DNA of 64,000 nt, taken from NCBI GenBank assembly GCA_028688325.1, contig JAQTYI010000002.1, forward strand, positions 161,284-225,283, read 5' to 3'. Each line of letters starts with the position of its first letter. Position 1 is the first letter of the stretch. The notes beneath the pieces are model-generated. The model did no database searches, was not told the DNA's origin, and saw only the letters and a program-made list of their open reading frames with translations. Shown here piece after piece: positions 37,513 through 46,075 of this stretch. The position numbers were made by a program, and so were the translations under genes. This stretch comes from Candidatus Portnoybacteria bacterium. GTDB lineage: Bacteria; Patescibacteriota; Minisyncoccia; Portnoybacterales; GWB1-42-6.

Positions 37513-38559
37513 TTATTCCATTAAAGCCACCTGTCCGTCGGTTTGCAAATACACTTGCTTTTCTTCAAAATTAAATTGTTTCGTAGTGCCGTTAATTTTT
37601 AAGATAACGGCCAAGCCCCGCCTAACCGTTTCGCTGAAATACTGGTCAAAAACGAAATTGCCGAGCGAATAATATATTTTCTTGCTCTGATATTCTTCCG
37701 CGTTCTGAATTACATGAGGATGCGAACCAATGACCAAATCCGCGCCCGCGTCGATAAATTCATGCGCCAAGTTTTTTATGGCGCTATTGGCCTCACCGTC
37801 ATATTCTGTTCCCCAATGCGTGTATACTATAACGACATTCGCCCGTACTTTAATTTTTTTTATTTCTTCAACTGTTGCCGCCTGTTCGCTCGCCGTGTTG
37901 CCGATAAATTGATTATAATTTACAAAAGCAATTTTTACGCCTTTTATGTTTTTTACGACACTTTTTATATTTGGCAAAACCGAACTCGGTCCGGCGGGCT
38001 CGCCAAAATACTCCACGCCTGCGCCGCTTAGATATTGCTTGGTCGCGTCCAGTCCCGCTTGGTTAAAATTTAAAATATGGTTATTGCCCAAGCTAACCAG
38101 CCGGATGTTATTATTGAATAAAGCGATAGCTAAACTTCGGTCAAAAGTAAAAATATAATTGTTGGGGTTGCCCGGCAAGCTGCTAATGCTGACGGACCGG
38201 TTATCGGTTATTGGGCCTTCTAAATTTGCGACAACAAGGTCGTGGCCGGCCAGTAGATCGGTTATCTTGGCAAAAATAAAATCATTGCCGTTCTTTGCGG
38301 CCGCCTGCCGGATAGAACGGTCGAACATCAAATCTCCCAAAAATAGAAGCTTTATTTCTTCGGCCGAAGCCGCGGACGGCTCAGCCGACGGACCGGCCGG
38401 AGCCCCAATGGCCACCGGCTTGTCTTCTTTAAAATAAAAAAAAGCCGCGCCAAGCTGCGGCCTTAATATCAATATAGCGCCGGCTGCCGCGATAAACAGC
38501 CCGCAAATAAATATCCGTAAAAACTTTATATCGCCGAATAAAATTTTTATCCTATCCAT
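37513..38559 (-). CDS. CapA-family metallophosphoesterase (poly-gamma-glutamate synthesis/capsule-associated family)
   Basis: 348 aa; TM anchor; GDLMFDRSIRQ, VVANLEGPITD, VYTHWGTEY, VIGSHPHVIQ: calcineurin-like/CapA motifs. Confidence 0.8.
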   Translation of the reverse strand: MDRIKILFGDIKFLRIFICGLFIAAAGAILILRPQLGAAFFYFKEDKPVAIGAPAGPSAEPSAASAEEIKLLFLGDLMFDRSIRQAAAKNGNDFIFAKITDLLAGHDLVVANLEGPITDNRSVSISSLPGNPNNYIFTFDRSLAIALFNNNIRLVSLGNNHILNFNQAGLDATKQYLSGAGVEYFGEPAGPSSVLPNIKSVVKNIKGVKIAFVNYNQFIGNTASEQAATVEEIKKIKVRANVVIVYTHWGTEYDGEANSAIKNLAHEFIDAGADLVIGSHPHVIQNAEEYQSKKIYYSLGNFVFDQYFSETVRRGLAVILKINGTTKQFNFEEKQVYLQTDGQVALME

Positions 38560-38562
38560 TTT

Positions 38563-38961
38563 TTATTCGCTTGTCCGGCCGTCAAATTCCGGCGAGTCGG
38601 TTTCTGCCTTCGCCTTGGTGGCGCGGACAACGCCGTCTTTATGATGGGCCGGAGAATAGATAGTATAAAGTTTCAGGTCATCGGTCTCGGAAACATTGAT
38701 GACATTATGCTGGGCGCCCGCCGGAACAACAATGGCCGAGCCGTCCGCCAAGTCGTATTCGTTGCCGTCGATAATGCATTTGCCCTGACCCTTCTCAAAC
38801 CTAAAAAATTGGTCGTTATCAGTATGAACTTCCATGCCTATTTCCTCTTTGGGCTTTAGACACATCAGCACCAGCTGGCTGTGCTTGCCAGTATATAAGA
38901 CCTGGCGGAAATTGGCATTTCCCAAGGCCGCTTTTTCAATATTGTCAAAAAATCCGTGCAT
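38563..38961 (-). CDS. Cupin-domain protein
   Basis: 132 aa; cupin beta-barrel with metal-site His residues (MEVHTDNDQFFRFEKGQGK...PAGAQHNV). Confidence 0.55.
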   Translation of the reverse strand: MHGFFDNIEKAALGNANFRQVLYTGKHSQLVLMCLKPKEEIGMEVHTDNDQFFRFEKGQGKCIIDGNEYDLADGSAIVVPAGAQHNVINVSETDDLKLYTIYSPAHHKDGVVRATKAKAETDSPEFDGRTSE

Positions 38962-38989
38962 AGGTTTTTATTATTATATTATTAGTACT

Positions 38990-39027
38990 TTGTCATCCCG
39001 GGCTTGACCCGGGATCCAGGCCCTCCC
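38990..39027. mobile_element. Palindromic element copy (left half)
   Basis: ttgtcatcccgggcttgacccgggatccaggccctcc. Confidence 0.6.
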
Positions 39028-39136
39028 CGCATTTGTTGTATGCCTTCGTGGAAACAGCAAACAAGCATTATCATCTTAATGATAACACTCTCTCTAAAAA
39101 AGATAAATCTGCAATTAAACCGGTCAAAAATAAAAC

Positions 39137-40588
39137 CTATTTTCCCAGATCCAAAATTTCATCGATTTTAATCTGTTTAACAAAATCCGGCACATGGCTC
39201 ACCAATATCATCACGCCTTCGTATTTATCCAGCGCCTGGGCAATCATGGGTAAATGGCGGAAGTTAATATGGTTTGTCGGTTCGTCCAAAATTAACAAGC
39301 CCGGCTCTTGCAAAACAAGCTGGGCAAAAGCCACCAAACCCTTTTGCCCTTCAGATAAGCTTCCCACTTTTGATTTCATCAATTCGCTGTTTATCAAAAA
39401 ACCGGCGGCCGGTGAACGCAGATCGTGGTCGTTGTCGCCCTTCATAACGGAAGAAAGCGACTCATAAACCGTATGCTCGAAATTAAGCGTGGAAAAATCC
39501 TGGCGGTAGTAGCCGATGGAAGTACCGGGCGCGATCTCGATTCCCTTGGCCGTTCCCCGCGCCAGCGATTCCAAAAAAGTGCTTTTGCCGATGCCGTTTG
39601 GCCCGGCCAGCAGCAGATGCTCTTTTTTTCTCATCGAAACGGCGCAGGGGCGCGTCACGAGCTTGTGGTTTTTAAAAGCCGTATACGAAGATATTTTGAC
39701 TATCTCGCCCGACAAGTTCGGCTGGCTCGGAATGACAAAAGGCCGGATAGTTTTATCTTCCCGACGGACATCCACTTTTTCTTCCTCCAGTTCCTCGGCT
39801 TTGTCGCGCATGCGTTTGGCCAAAAGACGCATCCGGCCTCCCTTGTTGGCAAAAAAATTGGCCTTGTCCTTGTTTTCCTGGATTTCTTTGGCCAGTTGCG
39901 CGTTTTTCATCTCTTCTTTTTCTATCCGAACGGCGATCTGGCTCACCGCGTCAAAATAGTCGCCCACATATTGCTCTATCTTATGAGTGAAAACATCCAG
40001 ATACAAAACCCCGCCGGTGAAAGAATTCAAAAAATCGGCGTCATGGGAAATAACGATGCAGGTTTTTTTGTAATCTATCAAAAACCGCGTCAGATGCGCG
40101 ATGCCTTCTTTATCCAAATTGTTGGTCGGCTCATCCAGCAACAGCAGATCCGGGTCTTGGATAAGCGCCGAGGCCAAAAGCAACCGCGCTTGCTGGCCAC
40201 CTGAAAATGATTTGACCGCCTTATCCAGCGGCGCGTGGAGATTCACCACTTTCAAAATTTCCTCTATCCGCAGATCCAGATCATATTTTTTTTCCTTGAA
40301 ACATTCGGCAAAAAATTCCCGCACGGTCAGTTTCATCTGGTCGCGCGCGATAACTTGGCGCGCCAGAGCCACCGCCGGTTTCTGCTCCATATTTATCTGG
40401 CCGCCCTCCGGTTTCTCTTCACCGGTTATTAGATGGAAAAGCGTGCTTTTACCCGAGCCGTTTTGCCCCATCAAGGTAAGCTTCGCTCCGCGCCGCACCG
40501 AAAAAACGACTTCATCCAATATGGGTTTTTGCGGGCCGTAGCCGAAAGACACCTTGTCGAATCTTAATAGCATTCCGTTTTGCGCCAT
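39137..40588 (-). CDS. ABC-F family ATPase (two tandem ABC domains, no TMD)
   Basis: 483 aa; two Walker A (GQNGSGKST; GPNGIGKST), two signature/Walker B (LSGGQQARL...LLLDEPTN; LSEGQKGLV...LILDEPTN) sets with an inter-domain linker. Confidence 0.8.
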   Translation of the reverse strand: MAQNGMLLRFDKVSFGYGPQKPILDEVVFSVRRGAKLTLMGQNGSGKSTLFHLITGEEKPEGGQINMEQKPAVALARQVIARDQMKLTVREFFAECFKEKKYDLDLRIEEILKVVNLHAPLDKAVKSFSGGQQARLLLASALIQDPDLLLLDEPTNNLDKEGIAHLTRFLIDYKKTCIVISHDADFLNSFTGGVLYLDVFTHKIEQYVGDYFDAVSQIAVRIEKEEMKNAQLAKEIQENKDKANFFANKGGRMRLLAKRMRDKAEELEEEKVDVRREDKTIRPFVIPSQPNLSGEIVKISSYTAFKNHKLVTRPCAVSMRKKEHLLLAGPNGIGKSTFLESLARGTAKGIEIAPGTSIGYYRQDFSTLNFEHTVYESLSSVMKGDNDHDLRSPAAGFLINSELMKSKVGSLSEGQKGLVAFAQLVLQEPGLLILDEPTNHINFRHLPMIAQALDKYEGVMILVSHVPDFVKQIKIDEILDLGK

Positions 40589-40683
40589 AAATATAAAAAT
40601 AAGAGCCCTGGACGGACTCTGTAAACCGATAATTCACTCTACCCTATTTTACGGAAAATAGCTAATCCCGTGCTTATTCCCCG

Positions 40684-41235
40684 CTATTTTGCCTTATATA
40701 TTCCCGCGTGGCCAGGAATTATCCAGTCGGCCGACTCTAAAACAATCTTCCTGCTCTCTTTTAATTTTTCCTTATCCGAAGCATAAATATCTTCCTCGGG
40801 AAGATCCTTTTCCCAAAAAACATCCCCGCAAACAGCGACAACGCCGTCAGCCGTTTTGACTAAAAAAGTTAAGGCATCATAACTGTGCCCCGGCGTTTTT
40901 ATTATTCTGATATTCTCGCTGAATTGCTCCTGATAGTCCCGAACGGTATTTCTATCCCATAACCCATAATATTCCAAGGTTTTTGCTTCCGGAAACATCC
41001 CGATATTTCTGTAATGGTCAATGTGGGAATGGGTTAAAAAAACGGCGGTTATATCACTAATACTCAATCCCCCTTCTTTCAATTTATCAACCAGCATTTT
41101 TTGGTTTTCCAAAACACCCGGGTCAACGACAATCTTATTATCCCCGTCTTTTATCAACGAAATCGTCGCGCAGATTTTTTCTTCCCCCGAGTCCGCTGAT
41201 GTATAACCCTCTATTAAAACTTTGACCTCAACCAT
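40684..41235 (-). CDS. MBL-fold metallo-hydrolase
   Basis: 183 aa; HSHIDH (HxHxDH) and TPGHS motifs. Confidence 0.75.
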   Translation of the reverse strand: MVEVKVLIEGYTSADSGEEKICATISLIKDGDNKIVVDPGVLENQKMLVDKLKEGGLSISDITAVFLTHSHIDHYRNIGMFPEAKTLEYYGLWDRNTVRDYQEQFSENIRIIKTPGHSYDALTFLVKTADGVVAVCGDVFWEKDLPEEDIYASDKEKLKESRKIVLESADWIIPGHAGIYKAK

Positions 41236-41316
41236 AAAATTTAATTATACCTGATAACTTTTTTATTTTCCTCGAAATGAAGAGCTTTTTTAATACTCAA
41301 ATATTTTTTACTAAAA

Positions 41317-41955
41317 TTATCCTTTTACAAAGGGCACAAAAACGAAACCCGGATACTCAATTTTTTTAAATTCATTACCGTTGATTTTGGTTTCTTCAAT
41401 AAGCGAGTCCCGGCCGGGATAGATCATTTTTCCGCCCACTTTCAATTGCGCCCGCCACGCGGCCGGCACTTCATCCAGTGACGCGGCGGCAATGATTTTG
41501 TCTATGCTTTCCTGCTGGGCCAGGTCCGCCACGCCCAAAGAAGCATCGCCGCATTCGGAAACAATGCGCCCGGCCAGCGCCGGATATTTTTTTATGTTCT
41601 CCCCGCTGAATTCGCAAAGTTCCGGCAAAATTTCGGCGGTGTAAACCTTGCCGGCCGCTCCCGCAAGATGCGCCAGAAGCGTCGCCTGCCAACCAGAGCC
41701 GGAGCCCACATCAAAAATAATGTCCCCTTCCTGCGCGCCCAAATGCTCAAGCATAAATGCCACGGTTGAGGGCTGCGAGATGGTTTGGCCAAAACCGATG
41801 GGCAAGGGCTCGTCAAAATAGGCCGCATTTTTCATTTCTTCCGGCACAAAATCACGCCGGTCAACTGCTTCAAATGCGGCAATAACCCCGGCGGACTTTA
41901 AAGCTCCTTCGTTTTTTAAAAAATCCGTCAATTCTTTTTTTTGCTTCATTTTCAT
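41317..41955 (-). CDS. pcm: Protein-L-isoaspartate O-methyltransferase
   Basis: 212 aa; SAM-binding DVGSGSGWQATLLAHLAG; QTISQPSTVAFMLE upstream motif typical of PCMT. Confidence 0.85.
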   Translation of the reverse strand: MKMKQKKELTDFLKNEGALKSAGVIAAFEAVDRRDFVPEEMKNAAYFDEPLPIGFGQTISQPSTVAFMLEHLGAQEGDIIFDVGSGSGWQATLLAHLAGAAGKVYTAEILPELCEFSGENIKKYPALAGRIVSECGDASLGVADLAQQESIDKIIAAASLDEVPAAWRAQLKVGGKMIYPGRDSLIEETKINGNEFKKIEYPGFVFVPFVKG

Positions 41956-42024
41956 TTTTCTGCTCCCAAGCTCTGCGCCTTCGGCGTTTTTATTATTCTG
42001 ACATTAATTTTATTTTTTATTTTG

Positions 42025-42095
42025 TTCCGAGACAGGGATTCGAACCCCGATTAACGGCTTCAAAGGCCGCTGTCCTACCATTAGACGATCTCGGA
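42025..42095 (-). tRNA. tRNA-Gln (anticodon TTG), no encoded CCA
   Basis: Minus-strand cloverleaf: acceptor uuccgag/cucggaa, T-arm cggggTTCGAATccctg, anticodon stem gcggc/gccgt with loop cTTTGaa. Ends +/-1 nt uncertain. Confidence 0.6.
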
Positions 42096-42110
42096 ATGTT
42101 TCACCGAATA

Positions 42111-42138
42111 TCCCGCCGAAGAGGCGGGAATGACAAGT
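42111..42138. mobile_element. Fragment of the palindromic element (right end)
   Basis: cccgccgaagaggcgggaatgacaag. Confidence 0.4.
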
Positions 42139-42176
42139 TTGGCATTTCTGTTTTTTACTCGTCCGCTCTGCCGTTT

Positions 42177-43088
42177 TTACGCCTTCAAATATCTGCGAAT
42201 CGCGATTAAGCTGGAAACGCCGCCCAAAACGATGCCGATGCCGAAAAGCAACAAAATAAATTGCCAAAAATTGGTTTGGTAGAAAAACAGCAGGTCCACT
42301 TCGGGCAAGAAGTTGGTAATCTTGGGCGAAATAAAATAAAGGATGGGGAAAATAACGATAATCGTCGTCATGGCCGAAGCAATGCCATACAGCACCCCCT
42401 CAACCACGAACGGCCCGCGAATAAACCAGTTGTCCGCGCCTACAAAGCGCATCACGGAAATCTCTTCGCGCCAAGTGTACATCGTCAAGCGCACGGTGTT
42501 GAAAGTAACCAACAGCGCCAGCAGCCCCAAAAACAACGAAATGACAAACCCGCCCATCTGAATGTTTCCGGTCAGGCGCGTTAAGCGGCCGATTATGTCT
42601 TTATTTTGTTTATAATTTATCTTATCGATTATTCCTTGGAATCTGTCCTGCGACAAATAATCGGAAATCGCTTCATATTGAGAGGCCTGATTGGCTTTGA
42701 TGTTCAAGCTCGCCTCCAGTGGATTTTGATCCAGCTCCTGCAAGCTCCGCAGTAAAACCTGGTTATTTTTATGCAGTTCCTGGAACCTTTTCAACGCTTC
42801 GCCTTGCGAAACATAGTCCACGCTTTTGACCTCCGGCAAAGCGACCAGTTCCTGGCGCACCGACAAAACTTTCGCCTCTTCCGTATCTTTGTTGAAATAT
42901 ACGCTCACATCCACCCGGTTTTGCAAATTCGCCACCACCGCCTGCGTCATAACATTAAAAAGCGTGAGTCCGGCGATAACAAAAAGCGCCAGAATCATCA
43001 CGGCCACCGTGGCGGCGCTCAGCCAGTAGTTTCTAACGAAACTCTGCCAGCCGGATTTAACGATGCGGAACAGGGTTGTTTTGAACAT
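42177..43088 (-). CDS. ftsX: Cell-division ABC transporter permease FtsX
   Basis: 303 aa; N-terminal TM, large extracellular loop, three C-terminal TMs; immediately downstream of ftsE. Confidence 0.85.
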   Translation of the reverse strand: MFKTTLFRIVKSGWQSFVRNYWLSAATVAVMILALFVIAGLTLFNVMTQAVVANLQNRVDVSVYFNKDTEEAKVLSVRQELVALPEVKSVDYVSQGEALKRFQELHKNNQVLLRSLQELDQNPLEASLNIKANQASQYEAISDYLSQDRFQGIIDKINYKQNKDIIGRLTRLTGNIQMGGFVISLFLGLLALLVTFNTVRLTMYTWREEISVMRFVGADNWFIRGPFVVEGVLYGIASAMTTIIVIFPILYFISPKITNFLPEVDLLFFYQTNFWQFILLLFGIGIVLGGVSSLIAIRRYLKA

Positions 43089-43107
43089 AAAAATTAACTT
43101 TTGATTT

Positions 43108-43258
43108 CTCCGCCCATACGAAAAATTTTGTTATAAATTCGCGATGAGCCAAGCGTCTAAAATTGCCAGTGGGACGAGGGAGCGGAGCGAACCGAGTTGT
43201 CCGCGGCAATTTTAGCGAGGCGAATCCGAATTTATCAAAATTTTATCGTCGGGCGGCG
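43108..43258 (-). repeat. ~151-bp element, copy 1 (100% identical to 44050-44200), just upstream of ftsX; contains promoter-like hexamers and a 9-bp-stem hairpin
   Basis: tctccgcccatacgaaaaattttgttataaattcgcgatgagccaagcgtctaaaattgccagtgggacgagggagcggagcgaaccgagttgtccgcggcaattttagcgaggcgaatccgaatttatcaaaattttatcgtcgggcgg. In minus orientation it reads TTGATA-N18-TAAAAT then the aaaattgcc...ggcaatttt hairpin, ending ~20 nt before the ftsX ATG. Confidence 0.75.
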
Positions 43259-43270
43259 GTTTTTTCCGCC

Positions 43271-43298
43271 GCTTTTTTGCCGCCAAAAAAGCGGCAAA
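43271..43298. terminator. Perfect 12-bp-arm hairpin between ftsE and ftsX
   Basis: gccgcttttttg ccgc caaaaaagcggc. Confidence 0.5.
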
Positions 43299-43303
43299 TT
43301 TGA

Positions 43304-43335
43304 TTCTGGATCCCGGGTCAAGCCCGGGATGACAA
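43304..43335. mobile_element. Palindromic element copy (right half)
   Basis: tctggatcccgggtcaagcccgggatgacaattgg. Confidence 0.6.
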
Positions 43336-43349
43336 TTGGTGTTATTATT

Positions 43350-44027
43350 TTATAATATATACCGTCCATTCGCTTCATCCCTTATCACCCTTCCTTTATC
43401 CAAGGTTATCACGCGCCGGCCCAGGTTATTTATTATTTCGCGGTCGTGCGTGGCCAGAATTATCGTCGTGCCAAGCTCATTTATCTTTTGCAGCAAACGA
43501 ACGATATCCCAGGAATTGAGCAAATCCAGATTTCCCGTGGGCTCATCGGCTAAAATAACGGACGGACGATGAATGAGCGCGCGAGCAATGGCCACGCGTT
43601 GTTTTTCGCCGCCGGAAAGCTGATGCGGAAATTGATTTAATTTATCCACCAATCCCACCAGCTCCAAAAGCTGGGGCACATCCTGTTTTATCTCCTTGTC
43701 CGTGGCGCCAGCCACTTCCATGGCGAAAGCTACATTCTCATAAGCCGTCCTGTCCGAAAGCAAACGAAAATCCTGAAACACCATGCCGATCTTGCGGCGC
43801 AATTTCGGCATATCTTTTTCCTTCACCAAGTGGATATTCTGTTTATCTAAAAAAAGTTTGCCTTTGCTCGGCTTTTCTTCGCCGATAAGCAATTTAAGCA
43901 AGGTTGATTTACCCGCGCCAGACGGCCCGGCCAAAGAAACGAATTCTTTGGCTTTAATCGTCAAATCGATGTTATTTAACGCAGTGCAGCCGTCGTAAAT
44001 TTTGGAGATTTTTTGGAAAACTATCAT
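43350..44027 (-). CDS. ftsE: Cell-division ATP-binding protein FtsE
   Basis: 225 aa; Walker A GPSGAGKST, signature LSGGEKQRVAIARAL, Walker B ILADEPTGNLD. Confidence 0.9.
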   Translation of the reverse strand: MIVFQKISKIYDGCTALNNIDLTIKAKEFVSLAGPSGAGKSTLLKLLIGEEKPSKGKLFLDKQNIHLVKEKDMPKLRRKIGMVFQDFRLLSDRTAYENVAFAMEVAGATDKEIKQDVPQLLELVGLVDKLNQFPHQLSGGEKQRVAIARALIHRPSVILADEPTGNLDLLNSWDIVRLLQKINELGTTIILATHDREIINNLGRRVITLDKGRVIRDEANGRYIL

Positions 44028-44049
44028 GTATATCTAATTATACCTCATT

Positions 44050-44200
44050 TTCTCCGCCCATACGAAAAATTTTGTTATAAATTCGCGATGAGCCAAGCGT
44101 CTAAAATTGCCAGTGGGACGAGGGAGCGGAGCGAACCGAGTTGTCCGCGGCAATTTTAGCGAGGCGAATCCGAATTTATCAAAATTTTATCGTCGGGCGG
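44050..44200 (-). repeat. ~151-bp element, copy 2 (identical to 43108-43258), just upstream of ftsE
   Basis: Identical over the full length; ends ~22 nt before the ftsE ATG. Confidence 0.75.
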
Positions 44201-44210
44201 GAACTCTTTT

Positions 44211-44238
44211 GCTACTTTTCTGATTACAGAAAAGTAGA
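44211..44238 (-). terminator. Hairpin downstream of prfB sharing the core TTTTCTG-N6-CAGAAAAG with the clpB hairpin
   Basis: ctacttttctg attaca gaaaagtag. Confidence 0.4.
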
Positions 44239-44245
44239 TGAATAT

Positions 44246-45353
44246 TTATTTTAATCTAATCTCTGAATCTATAAATTCATCTAATTTCCCATCCAGCACT
44301 TCATCCGGCTCCTTTGATTCTACGCCCGTGCGCAGGTCTTTGACAAGTTTATAGGGATGCAAAACATAATTTCGTATCTGGCCGCCCCACTCCGCCGTGC
44401 CTTCCCCGCTTTGAATGCCCGAACGCAAGCCCGCAATTTCCTTCTCTTTCTTTTGGATTTCCAGCAGATACAGCTTACTCACCAGAATTTTCATCGCCTG
44501 CTCTTTGTTGGCGCTTTGCGAGCGCTCGCTTTGGGCCGCCACGGCAATGCCGGTGGGAATATGCGTTATGCGCACCGCGGTTTCCACCTTGTTCACATTC
44601 TGCCCACCCGGGCCCGAAGAGCGAAAAGTGTCTATTCGCAACTCTTCCGGTTTTATCTGCACATCGGCCGCGCCTTCCATTTCCGGCATCACCTCAACCA
44701 GCGCGAAAGAGGTATGGCGCAAATTGTTAGCGTTGAACGGCGATAAGCGCACCAGCCGGTGCACACCGCTCTCGTTTTTTAAAAATCCGTAGGCATACGG
44801 GGCGCGAAATTCCAGTGTGGCATTTTTTATGCCCGCTTCTTGGCCTTCGTGGATATGCAAAGTTTTGACATTGAACCCGGCGCGTTCGCCGTATCGCTGA
44901 TACATCCTTAGCAGCATCTGCGCCCAGTCCTGCGCTTCTGTTCCGCCCGCGCCACTATAAATAGACAATATCGCGTTGTTTCTGGCGTACGGAAAAGCGA
45001 AAAAAGTTTTTTTCTCTTCCTGCGCGACAATTTTTTCCAGATCCCCAAATTCTTTGGCCAGTTTTTTGGTTTTTGTTTCGTCTTCTTCGCCCTGATATTC
45101 CGCCACTTCCATTGCCAGCAATTGTGCGGCAGTTTCGATTTCTTCCCACTTGGCGTGATTTTCTTTAAGCTCCGCCAATTCCTGGCTTAACTTACCCGCC
45201 CGCTCGTGATCCTGCCAAAAATTGACATCTTCCATCTGCTTTTCTATTCCCGCAATCTTGTGTTTTTGCGCGACCAAGTCAAAGGCAGTCCTTGATCTTT
45301 TGGATCCGGTCGGTTAATGCCTCCAATTGTTTTTTGAAATTGATGGTTTCCAT
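44246..45353 (-). CDS. prfB: Peptide chain release factor 2, with programmed +1 ribosomal frameshift site
   Basis: Main frame 343 aa with the RF2-specific SPF motif and GGQ (SGPGGQNVNK). Upstream ORF0 METINFKKQLEALTDRIQKIKDCL ends in CTT TGA C (stop at 45279-45281), preceded by an AAGGA SD-like element; +1 shift joins it to ...DLVAQKHKIAGIEKQ... Confidence 0.85.
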
Positions 45354-45480
45354 AATTTTAAAAAATATGCCCTGAGCAAGTGAAGCGAGTCGAAGGGCTA
45401 TCTTCTGCTTCACCCCGTCAAATTTTACGCGGAGCCGATGGTCGGAATTGAACCGTGGCTGAAGTTTATCCCGCACCTTT

Positions 45481-45555
45481 TGGAGCCGAGGAGAGGATTT
45501 GAACCTCCAGCCTACGGTTTACGATACCGTTGCTCTACCGTTGAGCTACCTCGGC
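45481..45555 (-). tRNA. tRNA-Thr (anticodon CGT), CCA encoded
   Basis: GCCGAGGTAGCTCAACGGTAGAGCAACGGTATCGTAAACCGTAGGCTGGAGGTTCAAATCCTCTCCTCGGCTCCA on the minus strand; anticodon loop aTCGTaa. Confidence 0.85.
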
Positions 45556-45697
45556 ATCAAAAGGTGCGGGACGAGCGAAGCGTTTGCCTTATTACTGCTT
45601 GTCCCGTGGTCGCCGCAGGCGACTTTACGGGAAGCTACTCCGGCTCCGGCGGGGTAAAATATTGCCCATTTTTCTCCCTCACTTTATCATTTTTTAC

Positions 45698-45725
45698 AAA
45701 AAAAGAAAAGGGCCAAAGAGCCCCT
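45698..45725. terminator. Bidirectional terminator-like hairpin with flanking A/T runs
   Basis: aaaagggccaaagagcccctttttt. Confidence 0.5.
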
Positions 45726-45896
45726 TTTTTAACTATTCTTAAGCGGGCGAAGGGAGTCGACCTCGGCTCTCATCGCCCCGCAATTGCGGACTCCTCGGCC
45801 TGGCCACCGCCTCGCAATTTTATCTGTTGATAAAATTTCTCCGGCGTTCAATTCCCCGCGCGAGCCAAGCAGTTGGCTCGCGCCTATTTATATATC

Positions 45897-45970
45897 TGGA
45901 GCGGGTGAAGGGAATCGAACCCTCGTCTCAACCTTGGGAAGGTCGCGTTCTGCCATTGAACCACACCCGC
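45897..45970 (-). tRNA. tRNA-Gly (anticodon CCC), CCA encoded
   Basis: GCGGGTGTGGTTCAATGGCAGAACGCGACCTTCCCAAGGTTGAGACGAGGGTTCGATTCCCTTCACCCGCTCCA on the minus strand; near-identical in architecture to canonical bacterial tRNA-Gly(CCC). Confidence 0.85.
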
Positions 45971-46018
45971 AAAATTTAACAGGGTGAAAAACAAATATAA
46001 TGCAGGAAAAGACATCCT

Positions 46019-46060
46019 TTATAAATACTACAGTATACTAGTATACTGTAGTATTTATAA
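46019..46060. promoter_or_regulatory. 42-bp perfect AT-rich palindrome upstream of tRNA-Gly / downstream of ftsB
   Basis: ttataaatactacagtatactagtatactgtagtatttataa (centre actagt). Confidence 0.5.
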
Positions 46061-46075
46061 GCCCTGCGTGCATCT

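Noticed and set aside
45556-45700. 4.5S/SRP RNA, RNase P RNA or tmRNA next to the tRNAs
   Set aside because: Could not find the conserved domain IV motif (GGAA tetraloop with flanking AGCAG/CAGG), the P4 RNase P motifs (GGAAAGTCCGG / ACAGAACCCGGCTTA) or the tmRNA tRNA-like ends; left as an unassigned structured region.
45438-45987. ORFs 45438-45830 (+) and 45784-45987 (+)
   Set aside because: They overlap tRNA-Thr and tRNA-Gly on the opposite strand and a hairpin-rich spacer; translations are non-protein-like.
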